DNA of 64,000 bases from Podarcis muralis. Its lineage: Eukaryota. The position numbers were made by a program, and so were the translations under genes. This document shows positions 62,011-64,000 of the stretch, piece after piece; position 1 is the first letter of the stretch, and each line of letters opens with the position of its first letter. The stretch covers positions 23,312,001 to 23,376,000 of the forward strand of contig NC_135663.1 in assembly GCF_964188315.1 (NCBI RefSeq), in the 5' to 3' direction. The notes under the pieces were generated by a model. The model did not search any database, was not told the origin of the DNA, and saw nothing but the letters and a program-made list of their open reading frames with translations.

Positions 62011-63403
62011 AGCCTCTTCTGAAGGAAAACCAATGAGACCTATTTTTGAGTCAACGCACATAGGATTGTGCTGCAAGCCAGCAGCTTGTAGATCTCAGGC
62101 GCAACTGTTTCACCAATTTCTTTTGCTTCAGAATGTACACAAGGAATCACAGAAGAAGCTGCATGCAAAAACAGAAAACTCTTAGCTTACATATTTTTAT
62201 ATTGTTCAGATAACAGGGCAAATATGGCAGCCAGATAAGCTACTGTAGTGTAGGGAGAAGAACACTGGATGAGGACCGGAGAGATCAGGGTTCAAGTCCC
62301 CCACTGAGGCATGAAAATAATTGGGCAGGTCATCGCCTATCAATTCACAGCTAGGGAAGCTGTAGCCCTCCAGATTTTGCTAGACTTCAAGTCCCATCAG
62401 CCTTAGTCAGCATGGCCAATGATCAGGGATGATGGGAATTGTAGTCCAACAACATCTGGAAGGACATAGGTTCTCCGTCTTCACATAACCCAAAATCTGC
62501 CTTGAATGAGAGGAGGGACAAGGCTATAGAAGTTTAATGTTTATAAATAGATATTTGTTTTTTAAAAAATACAGGGATTTTTTAAAAATACTCCTACTTC
62601 TCTGGGCTATTGTGTGAATAATATGGGATCTTTGTACTCCTTTGAGAAAGGGTAGAAAGTTTTAAAGAATCCTACAATTATTCACAACGTCGAGTTTGGT
62701 GGGAAGTGAAGATTCTAAATACTTAGCAATTAGCTTTGTATCACCCAAACCCATAGGGGGCATAGGGACATTAATTTTTTTTATCAGTTATAGACCATTT
62801 TATATTGGCCTTAGTTAGTCTTGGGCTTTCCCCAAAGAATTCTGGGAGCTGCCGTCTGGTGAGGTTATTAAGAATGTTCTATGATATCCTTAGCTCTCCA
62901 CACAGAAATAGTTTCCTTTGGAGAAGGACCTAAATGGCTAAATTTGGTTTAAGGGCCGAAGTGTTGATGTGCCATTAGTCCCTATGTGAGACAAATACTG
63001 AGCTGAAGACACAAGTGCCAATTAATCAGCCGCTGCAGGAACTTGTAATTAGCAACTAATTCCAGGATGCCTTTGCTCGCCACAGCCTCAGCTCCCCCTC
63101 ATTGAGAGGAGACTCCTTTCATGGATTCATTATAACAGTCACTCCTTCACAGGGGAGGAAGTGAGAGAATTTCTTTCATGTTCCACCTCCCTGTTCCTCT
63201 ACCGCCTCGTTTAGTTTTCAAGAAGGCAGGTTTTTTCTTTGCTAAGCTAAAAAGTCTGAGGTCCCTGGTTCCAAAAATGACCCACTAAAAGGAAGCAATG
63301 AAAACTCTCTGAAAGAACACGGTTTCTAAATGCACAGGACACACAAAACATGATTATGCTCAGGTCAACTAAGAAGATGTAGCTTGAAGTCTGACTATAC
63401 GTA

Positions 63404-63727
63404 CATCAGGAAGAACTTTCTGACGGTAAGAGCTGTTCAACAGTGGAACTGTCTCCCTCAGGAGGTTGTGGACTCTCCCAGAGGTTGGATGGCCACCTGT
63501 CATGTATGATCTAGTTCAGGCATGGCCAAACTTGGCCCTCCAGCTGTTTTGGGACTACAATTCCCATCATCCCCAACCACTGGTCCTGTTAGCTAGGGAT
63601 GATGGGAGTTGTAGTCCTAAAACAGCTGGAGGGCCAAGTTTGGCCATTCCTGATCTAGTTGATTGAAGGCTTGGAAAGGATGATCTTTGGGATCCCTTCC
63701 AACTCTTCAATTCCATGATTCCATGAT
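63404..63727 (+). mobile_element. CR1 LINE 3' end interrupted by hAT MITE
   Basis: atcaggaagaactttctgacggtaagagctgttcaacagtggaac (IRKNFLTVRAVQQWN) ... ttccatgattccatgat. Confidence 0.85.
63517..63652. mobile_element. Palindromic hAT (Charlie-like) MITE nested in CR1
   Basis: About 45-bp TIRs caggcatggccaaacttggccctccagctgtttt... Perfect 8-bp TSD atctagtt at 63509-63516 and 63653-63660. Confidence 0.9.
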
Positions 63728-64000
63728 CCGTGCAAAGCATATGCCAGACTAACTGCATTTCAGTCCGTCTCTACACCATCTAACATTGTGGGAGAGGAAT
63801 GCTACCGTGTCGACAGGACTTGCAAATGTTTTAGGCACGCATTAGCGATCGTGCCTCACCATGTCCTGGAAAAATCTTTGAACGAAAGGACGACCAGGGG
63901 ATGTTTTATGATTTTGTCATATGCCAGCATTGCAGCAGCCAACACACATCAGCCTGTAATAATTCATCAGATTACTGCTATGTAAACAAAAATGAAAGGG

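Noticed and set aside
38205-64000. Terminal exons of TBCK, the usual convergent neighbour of NPNT
   Set aside because: I found no minus-strand segment resembling the recalled TBCK C-terminus (...[21 protein letters not shown]...). The gene probably lies beyond the window.
1-64000. CRISPR arrays, operons or other prokaryotic systems
   Set aside because: The sequence is spliced vertebrate DNA. The recurring repeats are dispersed SINE, MITE and LINE copies, not repeat-spacer arrays.

Overview
Vertebrate genomic DNA. The repeat content (Sauria-type SINEs, BovB tail, L2, CR1, Penelope) points to a squamate, probably a lacertid lizard. Positions ~1.6-38.2 kb on the + strand hold the 3' portion of the nephronectin gene (NPNT). 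I read ten core coding exons by hand (EGF1 to EGF5, Pro/Thr-rich linker ending in RGD, LFExFEIER exon, three MAM-domain exons, stop at 38202-38204). All have GT-AG boundaries and consistent phases, totalling 1604 nt. Two further in-frame cassette exons are present (51 nt at 1574-1624; 93 nt at 8156-8248). The signal-peptide exon and the first EGF1 exon lie upstream of the window. The rest is intron or intergenic DNA dense in transposable elements, several with clean TSDs and nesting. No other protein-coding gene could be identified. The most interesting items are: (1) a Penelope-type inverted repeat carrying two copies of a minimal hammerhead-ribozyme core (53831-54079); (2) the two NPNT cassette exons and the altered integrin synergy motif LFETFEIER; (3) a possible unannotated convergent minus-strand 3' UTR with three miR-25/92 8-mer sites in about 1 kb and a nested inverted SINE hairpin; (4) inverted MITEs flanking the EGF5+RGD exons, which could favour a stop-free circular RNA. 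Comparisons to mammalian NPNT and to repeat families are from memory and were not checked by database search. I found no firm evidence of a wholly new biological system.
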